NCBI GenBank assembly: GCA_965217895.1
Contig: CBDCJV010000002.1
Coordinates: 2,272,001-2,336,000, forward strand
Direction: 5' to 3'
From: Waterburya sp.
GTDB lineage: Bacteria; Cyanobacteriota; Cyanobacteriia; Cyanobacteriales; Xenococcaceae
Length of the DNA stretch: 64,000 bases
The position numbers and the translations under genes are program-made. Under the pieces are notes generated by a model, which saw nothing but the letters and a program-made list of their open reading frames with translations, was not told the origin of the DNA and made no database searches. Each line of letters begins with the position of its first letter. The stretch's first letter is position 1. Shown piece after piece: positions 10,301 to 20,935 of the stretch.

Positions 10301-11128
10301 TTAGTTAAAAGGATATATATAAGCAGCGAAATTATCTTTTTGTAATTGAGCTATAAACTTATCGGCTTGTTCTTTATGAGTAAATGCTCCTAAATAAATA
10401 AACACCCCTTGAGGCAAATTAACTAAAGAAATTTGTTTGACTTTTTGTCTAGCTTCAGACAAAGATTTGTCTCCCGTATATTCAGTTAATATATAGTAAT
10501 ATTGAGTATTAATTGCTGAAAGATTAGTAATATTATTTAAAGGTGCAAGATCAGGACTAATGGGTGTAATATTTGCCTTAGATTCTTCTATTGAAGTGTC
10601 TTCAATCGGCTTTATTTTGCTCAATGTACTCAAATTTAAAGGCATAAATTCTTGGGCAGATAAGTCGGCATTGCCTACCGTCGATACTGACGAGCGACCC
10701 CGCGTCGCCGTCAGGCGCAAGGGAACGCGCGAGTTTGCTAAATTTGCCTCTTGAGGATTGACGGCTATAGAAGCATTGCGCCAGATAACCGCAGCCGAAA
10801 TCAAATTGGCAAAGAAAAGAATTGCGATCGCGCTAATTCCCCAGGGACTGAGTAAGCTATCTAGCCAGTTTCTATCCTGATATTCTCTTGCAGGCAATTC
10901 TAGTGCAGAAGGCTCAAAGATAGAGTTTATTTCTGTCTCTTCTGTCTTCTTCTCTAATTCGTTATTTGAAAATAACTTAGGCTTGTTTAATTCTCCCTTT
11001 TTCTTACTTCGATAAGGGTTAAAAATATTAATTGTTCCCGTAGCAAATGGTTTATGAACAATACCAGATTTTAGCTGAGTATTAACCGTCGGCTTTTGCC
11101 CTTTGTTATTCAAGCTCTTAAAAGACAT
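10301..11128 (-). CDS. Hypothetical single-TM protein with a SPOR-like C-terminus
   Basis: TM helix PWGISAIAILFFANL; C-terminal YLGAFTHKEQADKFIAQL resembles a SPOR repeat. Confidence 0.65.
   Translation of the reverse strand: MSFKSLNNKGQKPTVNTQLKSGIVHKPFATGTINIFNPYRSKKKGELNKPKLFSNNELEKKTEETEINSIFEPSALELPAREYQDRNWLDSLLSPWGISAIAILFFANLISAAVIWRNASIAVNPQEANLANSRVPLRLTATRGRSSVSTVGNADLSAQEFMPLNLSTLSKIKPIEDTSIEESKANITPISPDLAPLNNITNLSAINTQYYYILTEYTGDKSLSEARQKVKQISLVNLPQGVFIYLGAFTHKEQADKFIAQLQKDNFAAYIYPFN
10691..10733. mobile_element. 39-bp in-frame small repeat insertion with CGAG duplication
   Basis: Same core as 5090-5119; CGAG at 10691-10694 and 10730-10733; lies in the RVPLRLTATRGRS segment of the host protein. 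Confidence 0.7.
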
Positions 11129-11255
11129 AATTCCTAGGCGATTTAAATATAAAATTAAGTCTAATTCAACTAGCGAAATGTCTAGCTTAACTCCATATTT
11201 AAAAAATCGCTGCTGCTATGTAAATAATAAATTTTGGTGATTGATTCATTAACCG

Positions 11256-13304
11256 TCAGTATACAGACTGGATTTGTTCTAATACTTGCTCAATATTAGT
11301 TGCTGGTTCTAGACAAGACGAACTTTGGCAAACTAAAGCAACTGAATCTTTAGGTAACTCAGCCTCTACTCTGAAGACAGTAGTAGGCAAATAATGAGAA
11401 CCTAACTGTTTTATGTTGTCAATGCTACTTTTAACGCTTGTGCCATGCAAAAACCAATCTAATGCCGTAAATAAACTAGGACAAGCGGTAGGAGATTTTT
11501 CCATCACCGAACTAAAAGCCTGTAGTCCTCTTTTCGCCTGTTCTAAATATTTCAAGTTGTCAGTCAATAACGAAAGGCGCACTAAGTTAGCGATCGCAAT
11601 ACCGTTAGCAGATGGTGTAGCATTATCCATATAGCTACGTTCTCGTATTAGTAGCTCGTTTCCCGCATCGGTGGAGTTATTGTAATATCCGCCTACTTCA
11701 ATACTCCAAAGTAATTCATCAAATTCGTTTTGAATTCTGATAGCGTGTTCTAACCACTGTGGATCATCTGGACAAGCAGCCTGTAGGTCTAACAAAGCTT
11801 TGATTAAAAAAGCATAGTCTTCTGACTGTGCAGGTACTGTTGCCAGTCCATCATAGTTAAGTCGCTGCAATCTACCCTCTAGCCATTGGTTTTGCAGTAT
11901 AAACTGAACTGCATCAGTGGCTAAATCTAAGTAAGATTGCTCTTTAAATACAGCATAAGCCCTAGCCAATCCTGAAATTGCTAAACTATTCCAGGCTGCG
12001 ATCGCTTTTGTATCAGTTACAGGGGGAATGCGTCCTAACCAATCTTTAGTTTTGGCTTCTTGATTATTTTTAGCAGGAGGAAAAGTAGCTATTTCAGTAG
12101 CAGGTTTTCCGTAGCGAATTGTAAATAGCTTATTCAAAGCTTGCTCTAAATTCGATGATAATAGGTCACTTCCCAAACGCTGTAAGACATTTTTGCCTTC
12201 AAAATTGCCTTGAGGTGCAACCGTGAATTCTTGCTGTAATTCGGCTAATTCTGACTCGTTGAGTATAGATTCTAATTCTGCATAACTCCAAACATAAAAA
12301 TCACCTTCTTCTGGCTCAATTTCTTCGGCAGTAGTAAAGTTATCAGCATCTTGAGCAGCATAAAAATAGCCTTGAGGATTAGTCATTTCTCGCTGTAGCC
12401 ATTTTACTGTACCTGCGATCGCTCTTTGAATAGCAGGTTGCTGTCCACCATTACTCCACAAATTAGTTAAATACTCTAAAATTTGCCCATTATCATAAAG
12501 CATTTTTTCAAAATGGGGTACTGTCCAAGTATTATCTACCGTGTAGCGATGAAATCCTCCTCCTACATGGTCAGAGATGCCACCCAAAGCCAAATCTAAT
12601 CCGCGCTGTTGAGATAATGCTTGAGAATTGTACTTAGATTCTTGTTCAAACCTACTACCCTGCAAAGCGATAGTAGAGTAGGGAATCATCGGGAAACTAG
12701 GACGACCAGGATCATTAGCCTGCAATACCGCAGTATTATCGTTAATTCCTCGATTCAATAGCTCTTTGGTTAAAGTATTTACCTGACTGACTGGCAACAA
12801 AGCCGATTGCTGAAGATTGCCTAAAATTTCCGTTTTAAAAGCTGCTAGCTTTTCTGGTTCCTGGTTGTAAAAACGCCGTATTGCCTTAAGAATTTCTAGA
12901 AACCCAGGACGACCATATTTAGGTTCGACAGGAAAATAAGTCCCACCGTAAAACGGCACTAAATCTTCAGGATTGAGAAAAATATTAAGCGGCCAACCTC
13001 CTTGTCCAGTCATCATTTGTAATGTCTGCATATAGATGCTGTCGATGTCTGGTCTTTCTTCTCTATCTACCTTGATTGGCAGAAAATTAGCGTTAAGATA
13101 ATCAGCGATCGCCCTATCTGAAAACGCTTCTCCTTCCATCACCGTACACCAATGACAGCTAGAGTAACCAATCGACAGAAATATAGGCTTATTTTCTTGT
13201 TTTGCTTCGGCTAATGCCGAATCACACCAATACCACCAATTAATCGGATTTTCAACGTGCTTTTGTAAATAAAGACTTTGAGTTGATTGAAGATGGTTAG
13301 CCAT
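11256..13304 (-). CDS. Thioredoxin-domain protein, YyaL/SSP411 family
   Basis: SIGYSSCHWCTVM, KVDREERPDID, GGWPL and PHFEKMLYDN motifs. Confidence 0.95.
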   Translation of the reverse strand: MANHLQSTQSLYLQKHVENPINWWYWCDSALAEAKQENKPIFLSIGYSSCHWCTVMEGEAFSDRAIADYLNANFLPIKVDREERPDIDSIYMQTLQMMTGQGGWPLNIFLNPEDLVPFYGGTYFPVEPKYGRPGFLEILKAIRRFYNQEPEKLAAFKTEILGNLQQSALLPVSQVNTLTKELLNRGINDNTAVLQANDPGRPSFPMIPYSTIALQGSRFEQESKYNSQALSQQRGLDLALGGISDHVGGGFHRYTVDNTWTVPHFEKMLYDNGQILEYLTNLWSNGGQQPAIQRAIAGTVKWLQREMTNPQGYFYAAQDADNFTTAEEIEPEEGDFYVWSYAELESILNESELAELQQEFTVAPQGNFEGKNVLQRLGSDLLSSNLEQALNKLFTIRYGKPATEIATFPPAKNNQEAKTKDWLGRIPPVTDTKAIAAWNSLAISGLARAYAVFKEQSYLDLATDAVQFILQNQWLEGRLQRLNYDGLATVPAQSEDYAFLIKALLDLQAACPDDPQWLEHAIRIQNEFDELLWSIEVGGYYNNSTDAGNELLIRERSYMDNATPSANGIAIANLVRLSLLTDNLKYLEQAKRGLQAFSSVMEKSPTACPSLFTALDWFLHGTSVKSSIDNIKQLGSHYLPTTVFRVEAELPKDSVALVCQSSSCLEPATNIEQVLEQIQSVY

Positions 13305-13357
13305 AAGTAATTAATAATTGATAATTGACAATGAATAATTAAGGTTTATTCATTTTG

Positions 13358-13570
13358 TTATTCCCTCAAAAGCTCTTTGGCTTTATCGTAGATAGATTTT
13401 TGTTCTGGAGTTGCAGCAGCCAAACATTCAGCGTGTATTCGTTTTAGACTGGCAATATAATCTTGGTTTTTACTCAGAACAGCATTTGACTTAGATGAAG
13501 TGATAGTAGCTAACTGCGCCCTTAAAGGTAGTTTACGAAAGACTGCTAAACGTTGTTCAATTGATGCCAT
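13358..13570 (-). CDS. Small hypothetical protein (probable start MASIEQ)
   Basis: Helical-looking ORF co-oriented with its neighbours. Confidence 0.55.
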   Translation of the reverse strand: MASIEQRLAVFRKLPLRAQLATITSSKSNAVLSKNQDYIASLKRIHAECLAAATPEQKSIYDKAKELLRE

Positions 13571-13791
13571 AAATTTAAATGAGTAAGCCAAATTGTGCGT
13601 TGACAAAGTTTATTAAAAAAGCGATCGCCAGATTATACAGCGGTTTGCATAACTAATTAGTACAGTACCATTCCCCTACTCACTTTGAGTTGTGTTGCCA
13701 GTTTTCGGATTGATGTTCCTTCTTCGTGACTAGCAATTATGCAGAAAAAATTCAATCAGCATTACGAAAGTGCGAAGAAATCAATTAGGAA

Positions 13792-14460
13792 TCATCTTTT
13801 GTTAGCCAAACATTCCTTTAAAAGTTCGTCTGCCGTTGACATAAATTCTACATCAATACAGATAAATCTAAGACGCTTAACCTCCTGCTTCATGCGTTTA
13901 TTATAAAATAAGGTGCGATTCAAAAACTTTTGAATTAAATACTTTTCATCCTCAGCTATTTGATTAAAATTACTTTCCTGATAAATTCTATTTTGCAAGA
14001 ATCGATCGCTAGCTGTAAGCCAAATCGCTTGGATTTTGATATTATTTTCGCTCACTAAATCTGCTACCAATCCAGGCCATAACGCAGAACCTTCAATGAT
14101 AAGGCATTCCGTTAATAAATCAGACAAATGAGAGTGAACAATAGCCTCAACTTGTGGCAGCACGTTTTGCTCATAGTGGGACAAGACATCAAAGAAAAGA
14201 GCATTGACAGATAGAGTCTTATAATGTTCGACTACGTGTTCTCGAACAGGCTTTTGATCGGCATTTGCCCAAGGACGACCAGGATGACGGGCAAGATTGT
14301 CCGTAGAAAGATAATTCCAGTCTAGTTTTGCTGCTAAAGATTGGGCAAGGGTTGATTTGCCTACATGAGAAGAACCACCAATTAGAAGCACTCGTGTTTC
14401 ATTAATTAATTTATCCATTAGAGTTGAGATCAAAATCCGACTAAGGAATAAAAAAGACAA
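13792..14460 (-). CDS. P-loop kinase, 2-phosphoglycerate kinase-like; true start probably MDKLIN
   Basis: Walker A GGSSHVGKST, STDNLARHPGRPW, IIEG. Confidence 0.8.
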   Translation of the reverse strand: MSFLFLSRILISTLMDKLINETRVLLIGGSSHVGKSTLAQSLAAKLDWNYLSTDNLARHPGRPWANADQKPVREHVVEHYKTLSVNALFFDVLSHYEQNVLPQVEAIVHSHLSDLLTECLIIEGSALWPGLVADLVSENNIKIQAIWLTASDRFLQNRIYQESNFNQIAEDEKYLIQKFLNRTLFYNKRMKQEVKRLRFICIDVEFMSTADELLKECLANKR

Positions 14461-14622
14461 ATAACAATGGTTCAGACAAAATTTTATTGTTAACGAAATA
14501 ATAGGTGTTTGACCCTTGTTTGAGATTAAGATAGCTAACGGTAAATTGCGGTTTTAAACTGTCTTAACTATCCTAACTGCTCTAACTGTCCTATCTAACT
14601 GTTGAAATAGGTAAAGGTAGTT

Positions 14623-15723
14623 TTACTTATTAACAAAACTGGTATAGCTTAGTTCATTGATTTTGTTCCACTCAGAAACTCCCTTACGGAATTGATTCCA
14701 TTGGTCATATACTTTCTTAAAGCCAGGGCTTTTAGCAGATTGTGATTCATAATATTCAAAAGATGCTTTCTGTGCAGCTTGCAATATTTCTGCGGGATAT
14801 GGAGTTAGTTTGGTGCCACCGTCTACCAGAGTTTTTAAAGCTTGCCGATTCAAAGCATCATATTTAGACAGCATATTGAGATTAGCTTCCATCGCTGCGG
14901 ATTTAAATATTTCCTGATACTCGACGGGTAATTTATCCCACTGAGATTTGTTTACCTGTACTTCTAGTGTAGGGCCTGGTTCCCACCAACCAGGATAATA
15001 ATAGTAGGATGCAGCTTTGTTTAAACCTAGCTTAAGATCGTCATAAGGACCTACCCATTCGGCAGCATCAATTGCCCCCCTATCCAAAGCCAAATAGATT
15101 TCGCCTCCTGGAAGTACCTGAACATTTACTCCCAAGCGAGACATAACTTCTCCCCCCAAGCCAGGAATACGCATTTTTAATCCTTGTAAGTCTTGTAGAG
15201 ATCTCACTTCTTTTTTAAACCAGCCTCCCATTTGCGCCCCCGTATTACCCGCAGGGAAGTTAATTACGTTAAAATTGCTATACAGTTCGTGCATAGCTGC
15301 TAAACCGCCACCATGATAATACCAAGCATTTTGCTGTTGTGCAGTTAAGCCAAAAGGAACAGAAGAACCAAAAGCCAAAGCGGGATTTTTGCCTACGTAA
15401 TAGTAACTGGCGGTGTGTCCACATTCAACAGTGCCGTTTTGTACCGCATCTAATACTTCTAAACCAGGAACAATTTCTCCTGCTGCATAAGGTTCAATGG
15501 TAAATTTACCTCCTGTCATCGCAGCTACACGATCGCATACTGCTTGCGCTCCACCATAAATAGTATCGAGGGATTTGGGCCAGCTTGTAACCATACGCCA
15601 TTTAATATTAGGCAGACTATCTGCTTGAACACTGGGACTATTATTAGTTTGATCGCAGGCAACGAGGATAGTGCTGGTGGTAGCAGCGATCGCCATTTTA
15701 TTAAATACTTGTCTGCGTCTCAT
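14623..15723 (-). CDS. TRAP transporter substrate-binding protein (DctP/TakP type)
   Basis: [44 protein letters not shown]; signal peptide with lipobox LVAC. Confidence 0.95.
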   Translation of the reverse strand: MRRRQVFNKMAIAATTSTILVACDQTNNSPSVQADSLPNIKWRMVTSWPKSLDTIYGGAQAVCDRVAAMTGGKFTIEPYAAGEIVPGLEVLDAVQNGTVECGHTASYYYVGKNPALAFGSSVPFGLTAQQQNAWYYHGGGLAAMHELYSNFNVINFPAGNTGAQMGGWFKKEVRSLQDLQGLKMRIPGLGGEVMSRLGVNVQVLPGGEIYLALDRGAIDAAEWVGPYDDLKLGLNKAASYYYYPGWWEPGPTLEVQVNKSQWDKLPVEYQEIFKSAAMEANLNMLSKYDALNRQALKTLVDGGTKLTPYPAEILQAAQKASFEYYESQSAKSPGFKKVYDQWNQFRKGVSEWNKINELSYTSFVNK

Positions 15724-15916
15724 AATTCTTATTTTTATTCGGTTTTATATTTCCCCTTAAGCCACCGTCAATTGTATCAGAGAGTACTAAAAAAGGATGA
15801 AGAAAGAGAGGCTAACGCCGTTCAAGAAGCGATCGCCAACCTCAAGCAAAATAAGTTGGCTATTGGTTATCTTAGATTGAGCCGTCATAGTCTAAAAGCA
15901 ATAAAATTGTTATGTG

Positions 15917-16016
15917 TAAGTAAGTAGGCAGAATTAAATATAAAACCGAATAAGCAAGATTTTACTTCTTACTTCTTACGAAGACTATCTTCTAATTAAT
16001 TTCACCCACCTACTTA
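15917..16016. mobile_element. MITE-like element with imperfect terminal inverted repeats
   Basis: TAAGTAAGTAGGCAGAATTAAATA versus reverse complement of the right end TAAGTAGGTGGGTGAAATTAATTA (18/24). Confidence 0.5.
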
Positions 16017-16074
16017 AGAGCAATGCTATTTTGTTAACAACTTGCTGGAGTGATCTAATCAATAATATTTCTGG

Positions 16075-16626
16075 ATGTTAAATAAACTACTTAACTCAAT
16101 TATTTTTAATCATAAAACCGATTACTTACGCTTAATTTTACTATTTAATTTGATTTTGCTATTTACCATAAGTTCTTTTAGTATTTGTTTTCCAGCGACG
16201 GCATTACTCAGACAACACCATGAAACGCCAGGAGTGCTACGTTATCACGCTCAAGATTCCTTGAAAGATGGCGATCGCAATACATGGCAGGTGATATTAT
16301 TTCCTGACAATCTCCAGACTTCTAAAACAAGGTATTATTTACGTCTGGTAGGATTTCCTGGCATCAAATCTTTTAATCATCCTCAGTCTTTAGAAATTAT
16401 TACTTCTCAAGGAAACATTCTTACCGCAGCAGATGCTTACCCAAAATCTGCTCCTGCACCTAACGTTGGTCAATATGATTTCACGCCGATTATGGCTAAG
16501 CTACCAACAAAAGGGAGTTTGAAATTAGCAGTTATCCTCAAGGGGAATAGCGAACTATCTCTAAAAATTCCTCATGAAGTATTAACCGAATGGCAACTAT
16601 TAGCCAAAGAAATTGAAGATCGGTAG
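16075..16626 (+). CDS. DUF3122-like protein
   Basis: WQVILF, LRLVGFPG and PNVGQYD motifs. Confidence 0.75.
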   Translation: MLNKLLNSIIFNHKTDYLRLILLFNLILLFTISSFSICFPATALLRQHHETPGVLRYHAQDSLKDGDRNTWQVILFPDNLQTSKTRYYLRLVGFPGIKSFNHPQSLEIITSQGNILTAADAYPKSAPAPNVGQYDFTPIMAKLPTKGSLKLAVILKGNSELSLKIPHEVLTEWQLLAKEIEDR

Positions 16627-16740
16627 TTTAATTATTTCCTTGTCCCTCATCCTTTTAAAATCTCCTGTTACTTTAGGGTGGCGATCGGGAATTATAAATT
16701 TATCCCCATCGCCAGTTGTTGAGATAGCAATCTAAATTTA

Positions 16741-17712
16741 ATGAATGGAGAAGAGTTATTATTACTTTATAAACAGGGTAATAAAGATTTTAGTCGTGCC
16801 GATCTGAGTCAAATACAGATTATGCAGGTGGAATTGATTGATATCGATCTAAGTCGAACAGAATTAGACTGGGCGAACTTTAGTGGTGCTAATCTGGCTA
16901 AAGGTAATTTTAATCGAGCTAATTTAGCAAATGCTCGCCTGATAAAAGCCAATTTAGCAGGCGCAAGCTTAAACAGTGCTGATTTAACCAATGCCGATCT
17001 TAGCTGGGCTAATTTAGAGAACACTTCTTTAATTAGAGCCAATCTAAGCAACGCTAATCTTAGTCAATCTTTTTTTCGGGATGCCAATCTTGCTGATGCT
17101 GATTTAAGCAATGCCAATCTTACCAGGGTCAATCTTGCGGGTGCTAATCTCAGCCGAGCGAATCTTGCGGGTGCAGACCTTACAGGAGTAGACTTAAACG
17201 GTGCAAATTTGACACGTGCAGATTTGAGTGAAGCTAATTTAACTAATGCAGATTTAAGTTATGCCAACTTTAATCGAGCTGACTTAAGCGGTAGCAATTT
17301 AAGACAGTCAAATTTACAGCAGGCGATCTTACAGGGAGCCAATTTACGCTCAACTAACCTACGCAGTGCCATACTTGCAGGAGCAGTGTTAAAAGAAACT
17401 GATAGCAGTAACAGTAGTCTGGCTAGTATATCTCAATTAAGTTTGGGCAACCTAAAACCAGGCAACAAGATAGATTTAAGTAATGCCAATCTCACTGGAG
17501 CTAATTTACAAGGAGTCAATCTGCAAAATGCTAATTTTAGATTTGCCTTATTGTTTAAAACTAATCTAGAAAAAACTAATTTAGAAAATGCCAGTTTAAT
17601 CGACGTATATCTGCGAGGAGCTAATTTAAGAGGTGCTAACCTAAAAAATAGTGTCTTAAGTGGTATTAATTGGAAAGGAACAACTATGCCTGATGGTACG
17701 ATTCATCCTTAG
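16741..17712 (+). CDS. Pentapeptide repeat protein
   Basis: A[D/N]Lxx repeats throughout; C-terminal MPDGTIH. Confidence 0.95.
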   Translation: MNGEELLLLYKQGNKDFSRADLSQIQIMQVELIDIDLSRTELDWANFSGANLAKGNFNRANLANARLIKANLAGASLNSADLTNADLSWANLENTSLIRANLSNANLSQSFFRDANLADADLSNANLTRVNLAGANLSRANLAGADLTGVDLNGANLTRADLSEANLTNADLSYANFNRADLSGSNLRQSNLQQAILQGANLRSTNLRSAILAGAVLKETDSSNSSLASISQLSLGNLKPGNKIDLSNANLTGANLQGVNLQNANFRFALLFKTNLEKTNLENASLIDVYLRGANLRGANLKNSVLSGINWKGTTMPDGTIHP

Positions 17713-17741
17713 ATCAATTATCAATTAACAATGATCAATAG

Positions 17742-19115
17742 CTATAAACCCAAAATAGTTTTAGCAATATAAAAGTAAATTAATACTCCCAAGACATCAA
17801 CGGCGGTAGTAATAAAAGGTGCAGACATAAGAGCTGGATCTAAGCCAAAAGAGCGGAATAAAAATGGTAAAGCCGAACCCGCAACGGAAGCTAAAAGTGC
17901 GATCGCAATAAGGCTGATACCTACAGACACTGCTACTTCTATACTCCCCTGAAGGAAATAAGCCCATACCGTCGCCAATGTGCCTAAGATTAAACCTAAT
18001 AAAATTCCCGCAGCAGCTTCGCGAAAAATAACTTTTCCCGCACCCATGTTTTGAATTTCTTCTGTATTTAAACCACGAATTACTACTGTAGAAGACTGTG
18101 CGCCTACGTTTCCTCCCGTCCCCGTTAACAAAGGGATAAAAGCAGCTAAAATAACTACCTGCTTTAAAAGCTCCTCGTTATAGCGAATGATTGCCCCTGT
18201 GACAGTATTGGTAAGCAAAAGCACAAATAACCAAACTACTCGACGACGAGCTACCGTCAGTAAATTGGTTTGAAAATAGTTGTCTTTATCAGACTGTACG
18301 CCACCCAAAGCATAGATATCTTCGGTGGCTTCCCGCTCAATAATATCAATCACATCATCAACGGTGACAACTCCCACTAACCTTTCCTCGCTGTCAACGA
18401 CGGGCAATGCCAGGATATCATAGCGTTGAATAGTTCTTGCCACTTCTTCTTGATCTGTATCGGTATGAACAAAAACCACGTCACGGGTCATAATTTCTGC
18501 CAAAGTTGTTTCGGGGCTGGCGATCACTAAATCTCTTAAAGAAACAATTCCCTTTAGCTGTCGAGATACATCGGTCACGTATAGATAATAAACTACTTCT
18601 GAGGCATTAGATAAGCTACGAATTCGCTCTAGAGTCTGGCTAACGGTCAGATTCTCTTTTAAAGAGATATATTCGGGGGTCATGATCCGCCCCGCGGTAT
18701 CTTCCCCGTAACCGAGTAGAATAGCTGTAGCTTGTCTTTCTCCTGGACTTAACTGTGACAATAGACGACGGACGATTTTTGCTGGGAGTTCATCAAACAT
18801 TCTAGCGCGATCGTCAGGAGACATTTTATCAACAATGTCTAAAACTTCTTGGCGTTTGAATTCTTGAATTAGTGCTTGTTGGACATCAGTATTGAGATAT
18901 TCATAAACTTCGATCGCCTCGGCTTTTGATAGTAGGCGAAAAGCAATTAATTGACTTGATTCGGGTAAACCTTCAATTGCTTCGGCGATGTCTACTGGCT
19001 GTACAGGAATTAAAAGAGATTTTGCTCCTTGCAGGTTGCCACTTTCTAACAGCAATTCCAGTTGCGATCGAACCAACTGCCGTAATTCGTTGTGTTTAAC
19101 TCCATTTGGTATCAT
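17742..19115 (-). CDS. mgtE: Magnesium transporter MgtE
   Basis: N domain, CBS pair, GGNVGAQS and PFITTAVD motifs. Confidence 0.95.
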   Translation of the reverse strand: MIPNGVKHNELRQLVRSQLELLLESGNLQGAKSLLIPVQPVDIAEAIEGLPESSQLIAFRLLSKAEAIEVYEYLNTDVQQALIQEFKRQEVLDIVDKMSPDDRARMFDELPAKIVRRLLSQLSPGERQATAILLGYGEDTAGRIMTPEYISLKENLTVSQTLERIRSLSNASEVVYYLYVTDVSRQLKGIVSLRDLVIASPETTLAEIMTRDVVFVHTDTDQEEVARTIQRYDILALPVVDSEERLVGVVTVDDVIDIIEREATEDIYALGGVQSDKDNYFQTNLLTVARRRVVWLFVLLLTNTVTGAIIRYNEELLKQVVILAAFIPLLTGTGGNVGAQSSTVVIRGLNTEEIQNMGAGKVIFREAAAGILLGLILGTLATVWAYFLQGSIEVAVSVGISLIAIALLASVAGSALPFLFRSFGLDPALMSAPFITTAVDVLGVLIYFYIAKTILGL

Positions 19116-19293
19116 ACATTACGTCCAATAATACAAACTGATTATTTTTTGATTTTTACTATTCTTTTGAATCAATAAAATTTAGTTATTAAAGGTATTT
19201 ATAATAAAATCCTTTACATTTTTGTATTTTTTAACATTGTTTTCCATCTTGAAATGAATCCTTTTAATTTGGCTGTGTTAACCTACTAAAAAG

Positions 19294-19384
19294 TAGAGAT
19301 TTCGATTCGGTAAGCCTGTTTATTTTAATTTGTTATAACCTCTCGGCTGCATATAGATTGACAAGCTTTCTGCCGAAATATCTA
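19294..19384 (+). promoter_or_regulatory. Structured 5' leader of the rbp gene
   Basis: TAGAGATTTCG pairs with CGAAATATCTA (10/11); TTCGG and CCGAA boxes present. Confidence 0.5.
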
Positions 19385-19418
19385 TCTCAAAATAATTTCG
19401 TTAATCAGGAGACAATCA

Positions 19419-19718
19419 ATGTCAATCTATGTAGGTAATCTTTCTTACGAGGTCACTAAAGAAGATCTTACGACTGTTTTTGAAGAATATGGTACTGTAT
19501 CTAGGGTATCTCTTCCTTCCGACCGTGAAACAGGTCGTCCTAGAGGATTTGGATTTGTAGAAATGGGCAGTGAAGACGAGGAAACAAAAGCAATCGAAAA
19601 CTTGGATGGTGCAGAATGGATGGGAAGAGAACTAAGAGTTAATAAAGCAAGACCTCGCGAAAATAACAAAGGAGGCGGAGGTAGCCGTCGTTTTGAAAGC
19701 TCCTCTAGTAACTACTAA
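19419..19718 (+). CDS. rbp: RRM RNA-binding protein (Rbp family)
   Basis: RNP2 IYVGNL, RNP1 RGFGFVEM and a Gly-rich tail. Confidence 0.95.
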   Translation: MSIYVGNLSYEVTKEDLTTVFEEYGTVSRVSLPSDRETGRPRGFGFVEMGSEDEETKAIENLDGAEWMGRELRVNKARPRENNKGGGGSRRFESSSSNY

Positions 19719-19747
19719 ATTCTAGTTTCAGAAAGTCATTACCTTAA

Positions 19748-19820
19748 AAAATCATTGTTTTAAGACAATGATTTTCAAAGTTATCAGTATCTGAGTTTAA
19801 CTGATATGACTCAGATACTG
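19748..19820. terminator. Two hairpins downstream of rbp, between convergent rbp and cpcE
   Basis: AAAATCATTGT..ACAATGATTTT and CAGTATCTGAGT..ACTCAGATACTG followed by a T-rich tract. Confidence 0.65.
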
Positions 19821-19941
19821 TTGTTTTTCTATTCAAAATTGTTTATTACCTAGGATGCTTTGGATTAAAATTTTTGCCTAAATATTAGGTAAAGCGATCG
19901 CCTTAATGTAATAAATTCTTAATTTATAGGTGTGAAAAAAC

Positions 19942-20754
19942 CTATAAAAGTGAATCCATCAAAGTCATTATTTCAATACCAGCTTGAGACATTTCTGAGC
20001 TATTGTGTTGTAAATCAGCTTCAAGTAATCCTTTTAAAGCAATCAGTTTCATGCTGTTTTCGGCTAGAGTATTGGCGATCGCTTTTCCTGCCTTAATGTA
20101 TCCCACTGCACCTAAATCCATTAAAGCAGAACGACGTAATTGTAAATCATCCCCTTCTAAAGCTGCGATTAAAATTGCGCCATATCGATCTTCTTTAGTT
20201 AACTGATACATCGCTCTTGCAGCAGCGTACTTTACTTTGTCCGTTGTATGACCTGTAAACGGCTCAATTAGCGCAATGGCTTCCGTAGCCCCTAATGTTC
20301 CTAATGCCTCAATTACTGCTTCGTAAGGCTGCACTAGATGCGGTTTCCCAGCTACTCTAGTAGCTGCTGCTACTCCTCCCCTTAATAGCTTCATCAAACC
20401 CCGAATACAACTTTTGTCACCTAACATCTCTAAAGCTTGAGCAGCAGCTTCTCTGACGTAAAAATCAGGAAACTCCAAACAGCGAGTTAATGGCTCGACT
20501 GCTCTGCGATCGCCTAATTTTCCTAACGCTCTAGCAGCATTACGGCGCAAAGGATAACCGCCATCAGGAGCGCGATCTTGTTCATCCTCTAATGCCATTA
20601 ATAAAGTAGCGATCGCTTCAGGCTGCTTGATGCGAAATTTTCCTAACCACCAAGCAGCATAATAGCGTGCGCCTAAATCTTCTTTTTGCTTCAGGTTGGC
20701 GATCGCTTTTTCTACCGTTAACTGCTCTGCTTCATTCCTTTCTTCATCCCGCAT
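19942..20754 (-). CDS. cpcE: Phycocyanin alpha-subunit phycocyanobilin lyase, CpcE subunit
   Basis: RYYAAWWLG, GGYPLRRNAARALG, LRRSALMDLGA HEAT repeats; directly downstream of cpcA. Confidence 0.93.
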   Translation of the reverse strand: MRDEERNEAEQLTVEKAIANLKQKEDLGARYYAAWWLGKFRIKQPEAIATLLMALEDEQDRAPDGGYPLRRNAARALGKLGDRRAVEPLTRCLEFPDFYVREAAAQALEMLGDKSCIRGLMKLLRGGVAAATRVAGKPHLVQPYEAVIEALGTLGATEAIALIEPFTGHTTDKVKYAAARAMYQLTKEDRYGAILIAALEGDDLQLRRSALMDLGAVGYIKAGKAIANTLAENSMKLIALKGLLEADLQHNSSEMSQAGIEIMTLMDSLL

Positions 20755-20935
20755 CCCGCATTCCTCATCCTTTTAAAACGACAATACTCAGAGAAGTAAA
20801 CAAATACTAGCTATGGTGCTGGCATTCGCATACTCTTCTGAGTAATGCTTTGTTAATCAAGTATCTTGATTTTATATATTACCTATCTTTCTTAGATAGA
20901 TTGTACGACCCGTAACTAAAACCAACCAAAGGTTA

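Noticed and set aside
13634..13790. Possible IS or MITE remnant
   Set aside because: One end resembles a repeat terminus, but I found no partner inverted repeat or transposase motif
14623..15723. TRAP binding protein without dctQ/dctM as a novel system
   Set aside because: Transporter subunits are commonly scattered in cyanobacterial genomes
15544..15927. 127-aa ORF containing a CpcE-like peptide
   Set aside because: TTG start, antisense overlap with the TRAP gene, and only about 19 codons resemble CpcE; treated as a relic, not a gene
16645..16660. 16-bp identity (CCTCATCCTTTTAAAA) with 20763-20778
   Set aside because: Low complexity and built on the common TCATCCT heptamer; not reliable as a recombination scar
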